The notes under the pieces were generated by a model, which did no database searches, had not been told where the DNA came from, and saw only the letters and a list, made by a program, of their open reading frames with translations. A DNA stretch of 35,862 nt. Source: a virus (taxonomy: Duplodnaviria > Caudoviricetes). Below are positions 26,516 through 34,469 of this stretch, piece after piece (within the stretch, counting starts at the first letter, position 1; each line of letters starts with the position of its first letter). A program made the translations under genes and the position numbers. The stretch spans positions 1 through 35,862 of the IMG/VR virus record IMGVR_UViG_3300017963_000512. One strand, 5' to 3'.

Positions 26516-27640
26516 ATGACCAAGAAAGAACTGTATGCAACCGCCAAGACCCTCAACATTCGCGGGCGTTCCCGCATGAACAAGGCTCAGCTGCAACGAG
26601 CCATTGACATGACCTTGGGTGAGCCCATGGTCGAGAAGGAGGCAAGCATGGACAGCAAGCAGATGCTCGTGTCCCTCACCCAGGACATGAACCTCAAGTT
26701 CGACAACGGTGAGCGGGTGAACATCGTTGAGATGCGTGCACCTCGTGATGAGATGGACGTACTCTTCAATGACCCGAGCCCCAACCTCTTCGAGGACTAC
26801 AACCTCGAGGCTGAGTTCAACGAGATGCTCGAGCTCCAGGAGGGCATGGCCAGTGTTCGTGCACAGGCCATTGGTCTCAAGCAGGGCGTCATCGATGCTC
26901 GCAAGGAGGAGTACAAGCTCAAGATGCAGGCTGAGTATGCACTGCGTCGTTACCTGGAGCTAAAGGGCACCTTCAGTGGACTCATGGAGAAGCTCAACCG
27001 TGCCAAGGAGCGCTGGGCTGCTCTCTCGGTCGAGGTCAAGCGCAAGCTCAACGGCGAGAAGAATCGCTGGAAGAAGACTTTCTGGCGTCAGACCATGCCG
27101 GTCAAGGAGAAGCGTGACAAGGCGTACAAGGAGTTCAACGAGCTCAAGGCTAAGGCCAAGGCTGCAAGCAACAAGCTCAAGGCTGAGTATGCCAAGTTCG
27201 ATCTCCACGGCAAGGCTGAGGCTGAGGTCCTGTGGGATCTGTGGTGGGAGCTGCAGGCGGGCTGCAGTGAGTTCACTCAGTGCTCCATGGCTGGACACGG
27301 ACGTCTCTGGGGCGAGTACTTCGACCTGATGAACGACGAGGATTATCTCCTCTTCGTGCAGCTCGATCCCGAGGACATCGACGACCAGAGTCTGCTGATG
27401 GATCCCATCAACACGGAAGAGTGTCTGCGGGACAGTCACCTCGCTGACCCCTTCTCCAAGCCCGACACCTACGAGCGGGACAAGGTGGAAGAACTACCTG
27501 TCCGTACGTATGGTTACGTGGCTCCGGTGCGTGACGTCACTGACCAGTACAGGCCTGAGGCTGAGCTGGCGGCTGAGTGGGAGGAGTTGGACCGCAACTT
27601 CATGGAGCTCCTGGACGAGCACGACCTCAGCTACGCATAG
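26516..27640 (+). CDS. Rho termination factor N-terminal (Rho_N/HeH)-domain protein with long coiled coil
   Basis: MTKKELYATAKTLNIRGRSRMNKAQLQRAI matches the Rho_N pattern. Central heptad region and acidic tail. Confidence 0.8.
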   Translation: MTKKELYATAKTLNIRGRSRMNKAQLQRAIDMTLGEPMVEKEASMDSKQMLVSLTQDMNLKFDNGERVNIVEMRAPRDEMDVLFNDPSPNLFEDYNLEAEFNEMLELQEGMASVRAQAIGLKQGVIDARKEEYKLKMQAEYALRRYLELKGTFSGLMEKLNRAKERWAALSVEVKRKLNGEKNRWKKTFWRQTMPVKEKRDKAYKEFNELKAKAKAASNKLKAEYAKFDLHGKAEAEVLWDLWWELQAGCSEFTQCSMAGHGRLWGEYFDLMNDEDYLLFVQLDPEDIDDQSLLMDPINTEECLRDSHLADPFSKPDTYERDKVEELPVRTYGYVAPVRDVTDQYRPEAELAAEWEELDRNFMELLDEHDLSYA

Positions 27641-27727
27641 TCTACAAGCTACGCATTAGACTCAGGACTAGCGCTGATCCTGGTCCGAACCCAGGCAGTG
27701 CTAGGTCTGCAACAACAGGAGGCAGAT

Positions 27728-27895
27728 ATGTACAGATGCGAATTCTGTGACAACGGAGTCGTGGACTACGACAAAGAGTTCGGTGGACCACCAGCTCCTG
27801 GTGAGCCTGTCATGTGCGACAAGTGCAAGGCTAGGTTCAAACAGGAAGAGGAAGAGATTCTCGCCGACCTGCAACGTCGACAGGAGGAGATGTAA
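27728..27895 (+). CDS. Small zinc-finger protein
   Basis: MYRCEFC...MCDKC with AGGAGG RBS. Confidence 0.75.
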   Translation: MYRCEFCDNGVVDYDKEFGGPPAPGEPVMCDKCKARFKQEEEEILADLQRRQEEM

Positions 27896-27896
27896 C

Positions 27897-28151
27897 ATGA
27901 ATCTGGAGCTCAGATTCGGCATGCGTCAAACCCAGATCATGCGCTGCAAGTTCTGCGATGGGCACATGGACGACGAGAACAGCCATCGGCCAACCTGTCC
28001 ATACAACAGCGGGCGCATCGTAGAGATGGCTGCTGAGCTAGCTAGCTTTGGCTTTAACGTCAAGCTGCACCAGGGTCAGATCAGCATTGCTGGACAGCTC
28101 ATCAATCCCGTAAGAGCACACATGGCTCTGGAAGTCCTAAACGGTAAATAG
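27897..28151 (+). CDS. Small putative zinc-binding protein
   Basis: MNLELRFG...CKFC...HRPTC with GGAG RBS. Confidence 0.7.
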   Translation: MNLELRFGMRQTQIMRCKFCDGHMDDENSHRPTCPYNSGRIVEMAAELASFGFNVKLHQGQISIAGQLINPVRAHMALEVLNGK

Positions 28152-28195
28152 TAGGAACTGAACGAACGAAAGGCTACTAAGGAGGCTGAGCCAAG

Positions 28196-28396
28196 ATGAA
28201 AACTTTCCTCATGATTCTCGTCATCGGTGGACTTCTCGGAACTGCTGCGCATTTCGCAGAGACCGGAGATGCGATCAAGGTCATCAGTCGCGACGGAGAG
28301 GTGTGCGGCTGCATGTACGACGAAACTGGATTCAAAGGGTGTGATGACTCTGGAGACGTGGAATACGTCGTCATCGAAGCATCCACCTGCAACTGA
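28196..28396 (+). CDS. Small secreted or membrane-anchored protein
   Basis: MKTFLMILVIGGLLGTAA signal/TM segment, 4 Cys, AAGGAGG RBS. Confidence 0.75.
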   Translation: MKTFLMILVIGGLLGTAAHFAETGDAIKVISRDGEVCGCMYDETGFKGCDDSGDVEYVVIEASTCN

Positions 28397-28410
28397 AATC
28401 ATAAGACCTA

Positions 28411-28533
28411 GATCAGTTCCACTGGGGACTGGCTAGGCTGATCACTTCAGGTCCTTCGGCCCCGACCTGGCGTCTTCGGACAACAACTAAACTGGGCTAG
28501 GCTTGGGAACAGGTCCAACCCCTGTTCTCAGGC
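28411..28533 (+). ncRNA. Structured intergenic RNA element (four hairpins)
   Basis: gatcag/ctgatc; caggtc/gacctg; gtc-TTCG-gac; 13-bp gcttgggaacagg/cctgttctcaggc with G-U pairs. Confidence 0.4.
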
Positions 28534-28566
28534 TTAATTCTAACCAACAGACAAGAGAGACAAGTC

Positions 28567-28902
28567 ATGACCAAGGCTGAGAAGAAAATCTGGAACATCA
28601 TCAAGAACGCAGGTACGGGCGTGGCAGTCGGAACTGGTGTAACGATCTACTGGGCAGCAGCTGCCTTGGTCGCACCAATCGCTTACCCCGTGCACAGTGC
28701 CCTCATGGGCCTGGCAATCAGTAAGGCAAACGAATGCCACAGCCTCGAGACCGCTGCCCTGACGGTCAGCGGCTTCGGACTGGGACTGGTCCTCATTCCG
28801 GCTGCTCCGATCAACTTCCTGTGCTCTCCGGTGGCAATCCCTCTGGGTGCCGCAATGGGTGGACTCGTCGGACACGTCGAGAATCAGAAGGAGAAGAAGT
28901 AG
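28567..28902 (+). CDS. Hydrophobic membrane protein
   Basis: 111 aa, largely Gly/Ala/hydrophobic segments. Confidence 0.75.
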   Translation: MTKAEKKIWNIIKNAGTGVAVGTGVTIYWAAAALVAPIAYPVHSALMGLAISKANECHSLETAALTVSGFGLGLVLIPAAPINFLCSPVAIPLGAAMGGLVGHVENQKEKK

Positions 28903-28904
28903 CC

Positions 28905-29204
28905 ATGAGTGCACTCAAGACCTCAACGATCCTCATCACTGTCTTCGCCGCCCTGATGCTCTTCGTCCTGGCATTCAGCTCAGGCAAGGGAATCGTCGCC
29001 CTCGGAGACTACGAGCATGCTGTAGCCTTCTGTGGGTGTGAGATCGATCACGTCGTGTTCCAGCCTGGTGAGGCTAGCGTCAAGTATGACGCAACGCATG
29101 ACATCACCTACGTGATCAACAAGGGTCACGAGATGGACGTGGCGGTCATCGACCTGATGGCCAAAGCAGAGCACGAGTGCAAGAAACTCGAGGAGGAGAA
29201 GTGA
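28905..29204 (+). CDS. Membrane-anchored protein, paralog of 35058-35363
   Basis: N-terminal TM helix; GIVALGDYEHAVAFCG motif. Confidence 0.75.
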   Translation: MSALKTSTILITVFAALMLFVLAFSSGKGIVALGDYEHAVAFCGCEIDHVVFQPGEASVKYDATHDITYVINKGHEMDVAVIDLMAKAEHECKKLEEEK

Positions 29205-29392
29205 TGAGCGAAGAAACCAAACAAGCAGAGAACACAGCTAAGTTCGGGGAAGTCCTGGCCACCTCAGCGCGAGTTGCTGGTAAGGGCACCCTGTTCGGCC
29301 TGGTATGGACGGCCAAGCAGGTAGCCAGTGGTGCCAAAGCGACCGGCCGGGTGTTCGCCGAGGAGTGGAAGCGCCAGAAGGAGTCCAGATGA
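29204..29392 (+). CDS. Hypothetical protein (62 aa)
   Basis: GGAGGAG RBS and TGATG coupling. Confidence 0.7.
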   Translation: MSEETKQAENTAKFGEVLATSARVAGKGTLFGLVWTAKQVASGAKATGRVFAEEWKRQKESR

Positions 29393-29571
29393 TGGACGAG
29401 GAGAGCAAACCCAGCCGCTTCACCCGCGCATCCAGACGTGAGTTGGACGCAGTGATGCGTCTCTACTACGTCAGCAAGGAGAAAGACCTCGACAGTGACG
29501 AGGTGCGTCGCTGTCTGTTTTGGGTCGACGCGTGGGAGATGGCAGCCGACAAGTACGACTCTCAAACTTAA
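29389..29571 (+). CDS. Hypothetical protein (60 aa)
   Basis: AAGGAG RBS, ATGA overlap, followed by a terminator. Confidence 0.7.
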   Translation: MMDEESKPSRFTRASRRELDAVMRLYYVSKEKDLDSDEVRRCLFWVDAWEMAADKYDSQT

Positions 29572-29601
29572 CGACACAGCAGGATCTGCCTCCTTTCCTG
29601 C

Positions 29602-29646
29602 AAGGGGAGCCTGGGAATTCGCCTGGGCTCCCCTTTCTTTTGTTTT
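29602..29646 (+). terminator. Strong Rho-independent terminator closing the first early operon
   Basis: AAGGGGAGCC...GGCTCCCCTT stem followed by TCTTTTGTTTT. Confidence 0.9.
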
Positions 29647-29700
29647 CCTTTAAAAACGGGCAGTTTCTTTACTTTCTAGCCAATAAAGTGTCGTTTTCCT

Positions 29701-30057
29701 AGTACATAGAATAAAGGGGAAACAAACCCCCGAGCGAAGCGAGGGCTCTTTCTGTCTTCAGCAGAAAGAGGAACCCCCCGAAGGGGGGAATAGTCTCCTC
29801 AAGTTGATACCACATTCCAGCAATAGCTGGAAAGTAAGCCAGAGTCGAGGAGAACAAGAGGAGGACCTCTGGCCTAATATACGCCTTAATACCCCACGAG
29901 TGAGACTAACTAACCAGTTATGTCGAAGGAGGGGTAGCTATCTAAAGTGTGGTTCCACAACCGTGGAGCCAGACTAAATAAGCTAAGTCAGTTCACTAAA
30001 ATAATACAAGTCAAGCTCACTAATATAGTATGTAAGTGGTTCTTTATTCTATGTACT
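29701..30057. repeat. Non-coding element bounded by perfect 16-bp inverted repeats
   Basis: AGTACATAGAATAAAG (29701-29716) and CTTTATTCTATGTACT (30042-30057), with several hairpins inside. Confidence 0.85.
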
Positions 30058-30225
30058 CTGTTGAATACAGGGTGCAAAAGGACCGCCCGCGCCTGCCACA
30101 AATACTTACTCCGTAACTGGTCTCTTCCCCTTTTTAAGGGGTGATCAGCTCCACGAGATGACCAAATCTCCGTGGAGATGGAGAGGGTTCAAAACTCAGT
30201 CGGAGAAAACCTCCAGGAGGCAAAG

Positions 30226-30570
30226 ATGTTCTACTACAGCAAGTACTGGGGAACCTGGTCTCGCGTGCTCACACGCTCCCACAACGATTGGGAGACCGTG
30301 GAAGTCAACATTACTCCCATCAATGCTAGCTTCGAAGATACCAGCTGGGACAAGATCAAGCAGTGCTGGATCAGAGTGCACTGTACTACCCCAACGTCTG
30401 CTGACACCAAAAGCCTTCCCGCCGAGCAAGAAGAAATGCTCGTTGCTCAGGTAGGTAAGGAAGTCGCTGACTTCCTGATGCATGGCGACATCCTCAGCCT
30501 CATCGACTTCAAAAAGTACAACAAACACAAGAACGGTGGCTGTCCTCTCAGCCTGTGCAGAAAGGGCTAG
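30226..30570 (+). CDS. Hypothetical protein
   Basis: MFYYSKYWGTWSRVL... with AGGAGG RBS. Confidence 0.75.
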   Translation: MFYYSKYWGTWSRVLTRSHNDWETVEVNITPINASFEDTSWDKIKQCWIRVHCTTPTSADTKSLPAEQEEMLVAQVGKEVADFLMHGDILSLIDFKKYNKHKNGGCPLSLCRKG

Positions 30571-30572
30571 CC

Positions 30573-31292
30573 ATGGAAAAGACTGACCTCATTTGTCCCG
30601 AGTGCGGGGAAACCCTCACTTCCTTTGTCTGTCCCTTCTGTGATCCAGAAGTCCACATGGACATGGCCATCGACGAGTTCGAGGCCAACAAGGAGTCAGA
30701 GATGAAGACCATCGAAATGCTTCCGTTCTGCCCGAATCTCTGCCCTGCTCTCACTGATGAGCAGCGCGAGACTTACATGAACAGCGCACTCAACATGCTC
30801 AATGACCCGACCACTGACTGGTCCAACCACATTGTGGACAAGGGCCACTGCCTCGTCGTCAAGGTCCCCTGCCGCCTGGGCGATGAGATCCCGGCTACCG
30901 TGATCGAGCTACAGCCCTGGATGACGCCGTACATCGTCTGGGAGTACGAGGCTCGTCCCATCGAGGAGACCAACGAGTACCCGTACCCTACGCGGCATCT
31001 TCCCAAGTCCGTGTTCGACAAGGCTGGGGTCCCGCAGTGGACCAATGCCAGCTACATGCACATCATCCTCTACTCTCGCGAGCAGCTCAAGCAAGAGAAG
31101 ATGGAGATCAGTGCCGATTACGGCATGGTCACCATCAATGCCGAGGAGGGGCTCGAAGAGACACCTATGGCTCCGCATTCTCTCATCCGCAACGTCGATA
31201 CCAAGTACGGCGGCAACGGTGAGTGGGAGTTCAACCACGACGAGCTGGCTGAGAGCTTCAGATTCTACTCTCGTCACATCAGGGTCAAGTAG
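30573..31292 (+). CDS. DUF3228-like protein with N-terminal zinc ribbon
   Basis: YEAR...IILYSREQ...ADYGMVTINAE...E.PM.P.SLIRN...GG.G pattern recalled for DUF3228; CPECG...CPFC at the N-terminus. Confidence 0.75.
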   Translation: MEKTDLICPECGETLTSFVCPFCDPEVHMDMAIDEFEANKESEMKTIEMLPFCPNLCPALTDEQRETYMNSALNMLNDPTTDWSNHIVDKGHCLVVKVPCRLGDEIPATVIELQPWMTPYIVWEYEARPIEETNEYPYPTRHLPKSVFDKAGVPQWTNASYMHIILYSREQLKQEKMEISADYGMVTINAEEGLEETPMAPHSLIRNVDTKYGGNGEWEFNHDELAESFRFYSRHIRVK

Positions 31293-31302
31293 GAGGCAAG
31301 CC

Positions 31303-31566
31303 ATGATCAGACGTACTGTCGTAGAGGTAGACCTTGCCAAGATGCTCAGCATGATGCCTGAGCGTGAGGTCAAGGACCTCATGAGGCTCTGCAAGTACAG
31401 GCTGGCCAAGGCCCAAGGATTCCACGCACTCAACGATGAAGAGAAGCAGATGGTCAACCAGAATCGCAATATCTGGGCCATCAAATCTCTCCGTTCACGG
31501 CTAGGCCTTGGACTCAAGGAAGCCAAGGAATGCGTCGAGTACTACATCTACAACAAGGACGTCTAA
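31303..31566 (+). CDS. Ribosomal protein L7/L12 C-terminal-domain-like protein
   Basis: IWAIKSLRSRLGLGLKEAKECVE resembles the bL12 motif IxVIKxVRxxTGLGLKEAKDLVE. AGGAGG RBS. Confidence 0.75.
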   Translation: MIRRTVVEVDLAKMLSMMPEREVKDLMRLCKYRLAKAQGFHALNDEEKQMVNQNRNIWAIKSLRSRLGLGLKEAKECVEYYIYNKDV

Positions 31567-31567
31567 C

Positions 31568-31876
31568 ATGTCAGTAGACATTCTCAGTAGTATCCAGGCT
31601 CAGATGCAGTATGACTGCTGCGAAGATGCCAGCAAGTGCTGGTGTCGAGGTAGTGGCTGGGTAGTTAGTGACTGGGACTCTTTGCACAAGTGTCCTTACC
31701 ACTACGAAGGCCAGCCAAACAACGAAGACCCAGACTGGGCATGGGACCTCTGGCAAGACAACATGCATGGAAACGCTCAGTTCATGCTGATTCAGGAGGA
31801 ATGGGGCGAGTACGAGAAAACATGGGAAAACCATGTCAATCGGCTCGGATGGCTCGAGGAAGACCTTCCTTTCTAA
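31568..31876 (+). CDS. Hypothetical Cys/Trp-rich protein
   Basis: CWCRGSGW...CPYH; AAGGA RBS. Confidence 0.7.
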   Translation: MSVDILSSIQAQMQYDCCEDASKCWCRGSGWVVSDWDSLHKCPYHYEGQPNNEDPDWAWDLWQDNMHGNAQFMLIQEEWGEYEKTWENHVNRLGWLEEDLPF

Positions 31877-31895
31877 CACCCACAAGGGGGCAAAC

Positions 31896-32156
31896 GTGAG
31901 TGACTACGACAATTGGAAGAACGGCTTGACAGACATGTTCGGCTCCCCCCGAGAAGAAGGCGAGGGGGAAGAGGAGCAGGACAACGAGTGTCCTTGCGGC
32001 TGCGGCATCGACTACCAAGAAGAGCCTGAGCGCTACAAAGAGGAGCACAAGAGCCTCTCTGAGGAGCTGTTCGGTAAGAAGGAGTCAGAGCTGGACGACT
32101 GGGAGTACCAGGAGTACATGCAACAGCTAGACATGCTGGACGAGGGACTGTCATGA
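31896..32156 (+). CDS. Acidic hypothetical protein
   Basis: GTG start after AAGGGGG; CPCGCG motif. Confidence 0.7.
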   Translation: MSDYDNWKNGLTDMFGSPREEGEGEEEQDNECPCGCGIDYQEEPERYKEEHKSLSEELFGKKESELDDWEYQEYMQQLDMLDEGLS

Positions 32157-32440
32157 CCATCAGCGAAATCTACGACACTGCCGAGAAGCTGAAGGAAGAC
32201 ATCGCATACATCACCAATATGATGGATGAGGTGGCAGCCAAGCTCTACAAAGAGAACAACACGCCAGAGCGTTGGATCGAAGGCCTGCGCGAGATGGAGA
32301 AGGACCTGCGTAGCTTCCATAAGGACATCGACAACTGGAAAATCGAGAAGATGACCAAGAAGCTCGTCGATGCCATGGCTACTGGCAGGATGGACGAGCG
32401 TCGAATGCTCGAAATCTCACAATTCATCAACCAGGAGTAG
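32153..32440 (+). CDS. Helical hypothetical protein
   Basis: ATGA overlap and GAGG RBS. Confidence 0.75.
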   Translation: MTISEIYDTAEKLKEDIAYITNMMDEVAAKLYKENNTPERWIEGLREMEKDLRSFHKDIDNWKIEKMTKKLVDAMATGRMDERRMLEISQFINQE

Positions 32441-32443
32441 GTC

Positions 32444-32746
32444 ATGCGAATTCCGTGCAAGACTCCGTGTGGCGAAGCGTTCATCGTGGATGCTGGTACG
32501 TACGAAGATGGTACCCCAGCGCTGCGAATCGTGACAGAAGATGACCCCACACCGTGGTGTACTCTCACTGTCTGCATGAACCTGCCCAACAACAGCAAGC
32601 TCCCTCCAGGCCATTACATCGTGAAGACCTGGAGTGAGAACGCCGAGACAGCAAACATGCTGCTCGAGCAAGGCATCTTCACCGACACTGGCCACAGGGT
32701 GGTCAATGGATACGTGGAGGCAGAGATCTGGATGCTCAATCAGTGA
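32444..32746 (+). CDS. DUF4313-like protein
   Basis: Y.DG..AL......PW.TLTV...K.WSEN.....L...GI...TG.....GYV pattern. Confidence 0.65.
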   Translation: MRIPCKTPCGEAFIVDAGTYEDGTPALRIVTEDDPTPWCTLTVCMNLPNNSKLPPGHYIVKTWSENAETANMLLEQGIFTDTGHRVVNGYVEAEIWMLNQ

Positions 32747-32753
32747 GGCCAAC

Positions 32754-33167
32754 GCAGTAGCGGAACTGCTTGCCGATAAAGGCTAGTCGCGGTACCGCTG
32801 CAGGAAAGCTACTGCTTAGGAAGTCTGGCCGGCCAGCCAGGCGACAGGACGAGCAGCAAACCAAGGAGATTAGCTTTCCTCTGTTCTTTAAACAATGGAA
32901 CGATCATGCCTAGAGTGGGTTTACCCGTTGATTCCATCCATGGAGACTCTAGAAACACATCGAGCCACACTGGAACAAAGGAACAGGATGCAACGATCCG
33001 CTTACAGGGTCACAGCTTCCAGCCAATCTCCGCTGCAACTCCTGCCTTAATGCAACCAAGGAGAGACTGACAGACGCGAACTGTCAGTGTAGATAGGAGG
33101 AGGGGAGACGAGTTTCATACCAAAGCTCCTCTCCTCCTATCGAACAACGAGGCGTTTCTGTACGCCT
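32754..33167 (+). ncRNA. Candidate large structured non-coding RNA
   Basis: Gap of about 470 nt with no credible ORF and about ten compatible nested helices (see findings). Confidence 0.6.
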
Positions 33168-33218
33168 ACAACCTTGACGGTGGCAAGTCCGTGTAAATGC
33201 AGAGCCCGGAGAAAACAC

Positions 33219-33413
33219 ATGAGCAAACTCTACGCCTGGACCACCTCTGAGATTCTCGCCAAGCTCTGCGAGGTAGAGGACTCAGAGCCTATCTCTACGC
33301 TCGATTACGAGCGTGGCTGGAGACATGCCTGCAAGGAGATGCGTAGGCTCATTGAGGAAGAACCTGACCGTATCTACATGTTGAATAATGGATTCGACAA
33401 GGTAGAAGTCTAA
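33219..33413 (+). CDS. Hypothetical protein (64 aa)
   Basis: MSKLYAW... with GGAG RBS and TAATG coupling to the next gene. Confidence 0.7.
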   Translation: MSKLYAWTTSEILAKLCEVEDSEPISTLDYERGWRHACKEMRRLIEEEPDRIYMLNNGFDKVEV

Positions 33414-33691
33414 TGCGTCTCAAGCCAGTCGAGTACAAGAGCCTGGAAGATTTCTTTGAAGCTAGGCCACGCATTGCTCGTGAGTCAATGTCCCTCCACC
33501 AACTTCTAGGTGGTGAGAAGGCTAGCTGGCCATTCTCCCATGCTTGGGAGGAAGACCATGAGCCTATTACCTCTTTCTTTATTGTCTTCTCTAATCCTGA
33601 AGACGATCAGGACTTTGCCGAGATTGAGGTCCATATAGACCTTGAACTTGGACTCACTCAGTGCATGTACACCATTGCAAGGAGGCAATGA
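33413..33691 (+). CDS. Hypothetical protein (92 aa)
   Basis: Coupled start; fills the operon. Confidence 0.7.
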   Translation: MRLKPVEYKSLEDFFEARPRIARESMSLHQLLGGEKASWPFSHAWEEDHEPITSFFIVFSNPEDDQDFAEIEVHIDLELGLTQCMYTIARRQ

Positions 33692-33692
33692 C

Positions 33693-34175
33693 ATGGACCC
33701 CAAGAAGCACTACGCTGGCATTGGTTCTCGTCAAACCCCCAAAGATATCCTAGGAGTCATGAAGCGCCTGGCTACCAAGCTAGCCGAGGATGGCTGGACT
33801 CTGCGCTCTGGTGGAGCAGAGGGTGCCGACAAGGCATTCCAGGCTGGTGCTGATCCTCACAAAACCATCGTCTTCCGTCCCAAACACGCGATGCTCAACC
33901 ACCTGCAGCACGCGTCGATGTTCCATCCTGCATGGGACAAGTGCAGTGATTACGCCAAGAAGTTGCATGGTCGCAACAGCATGATCATCTTAGGTGTGGG
34001 ACTGGACGAGCCTGTGAAATTCGTTGTGTGTTGGACTCCTGGGGCACAGCTCAAGGGAGGCACAGCACAAGGGATGCGCATTGCTCAACGACACGACATC
34101 CCCATCTACAACCTGGCCAATCCTCAGCACCTAGCTAGGATCAAGGCCTACCTCCGAGGAGAAAAGCTCAGATGA
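33693..34175 (+). CDS. SLOG-superfamily (DprA/YspA-like Rossmann fold) protein
   Basis: YAGIGSR.TP, LRSGGAEGADKAF, RN..IILG, CWT...GGT..G.RIA....IPIYNL. Confidence 0.85.
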   Translation: MDPKKHYAGIGSRQTPKDILGVMKRLATKLAEDGWTLRSGGAEGADKAFQAGADPHKTIVFRPKHAMLNHLQHASMFHPAWDKCSDYAKKLHGRNSMIILGVGLDEPVKFVVCWTPGAQLKGGTAQGMRIAQRHDIPIYNLANPQHLARIKAYLRGEKLR

Positions 34176-34357
34176 GATTCATGCTCTGTCGGCTCTGTAA
34201 CAGACTCATCGACACAGACCTCGAACCTCATTCGAAACAAGACAACAAGTGGTACCACACCAAGTGCACGGAGGTGCGAGATGCGCGACTCGCTGCAGAT
34301 AAGGATCAACAGGCTCAGGATGGATCTCAAGATCCTCGAGAGCATGCTCACACATGA
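34172..34357 (+). CDS. Small putative zinc-binding protein
   Basis: CRLC...HTKC; ATGA overlap. The 3' end overlaps the next ORF. Confidence 0.55.
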   Translation: MRFMLCRLCNRLIDTDLEPHSKQDNKWYHTKCTEVRDARLAADKDQQAQDGSQDPREHAHT

Positions 34358-34469
34358 CACTGATGCAGTAAGCTTCTCTGAAGCACGTCGGCTAGCAATC
34401 AGCCGAGTGAGACAAGCACAGAAGCTGCGCAAGAAAATCAAGGAGCTGGAACAATGTGCGGGACGCTGA
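34281..34469 (+). CDS. Small coiled-coil protein
   Basis: GGAGG RBS before the ATG at 34281. Confidence 0.65.
   Translation: MRDSLQIRINRLRMDLKILESMLTHDTDAVSFSEARRLAISRVRQAQKLRKKIKELEQCAGR

Noticed and set aside
29947-30144. 65-aa ORF crossing the right inverted repeat
   Set aside because: GTG start, atypical AT-rich codons and overlap with the repeat and hairpins. Probably non-coding, though a GGAGG lies somewhat far upstream.
32815-32860. Resemblance to RNase P (AGGAAGTC) or SRP (CAGG...AGCAGC) motifs
   Set aside because: The conserved partner sequences and spacing are missing.
32895-33050. 51-codon ORF (MERSCLEW...) inside the structured region
   Set aside because: No SD, codon usage unlike neighbouring genes, and the region is better explained by nested base-pairing.
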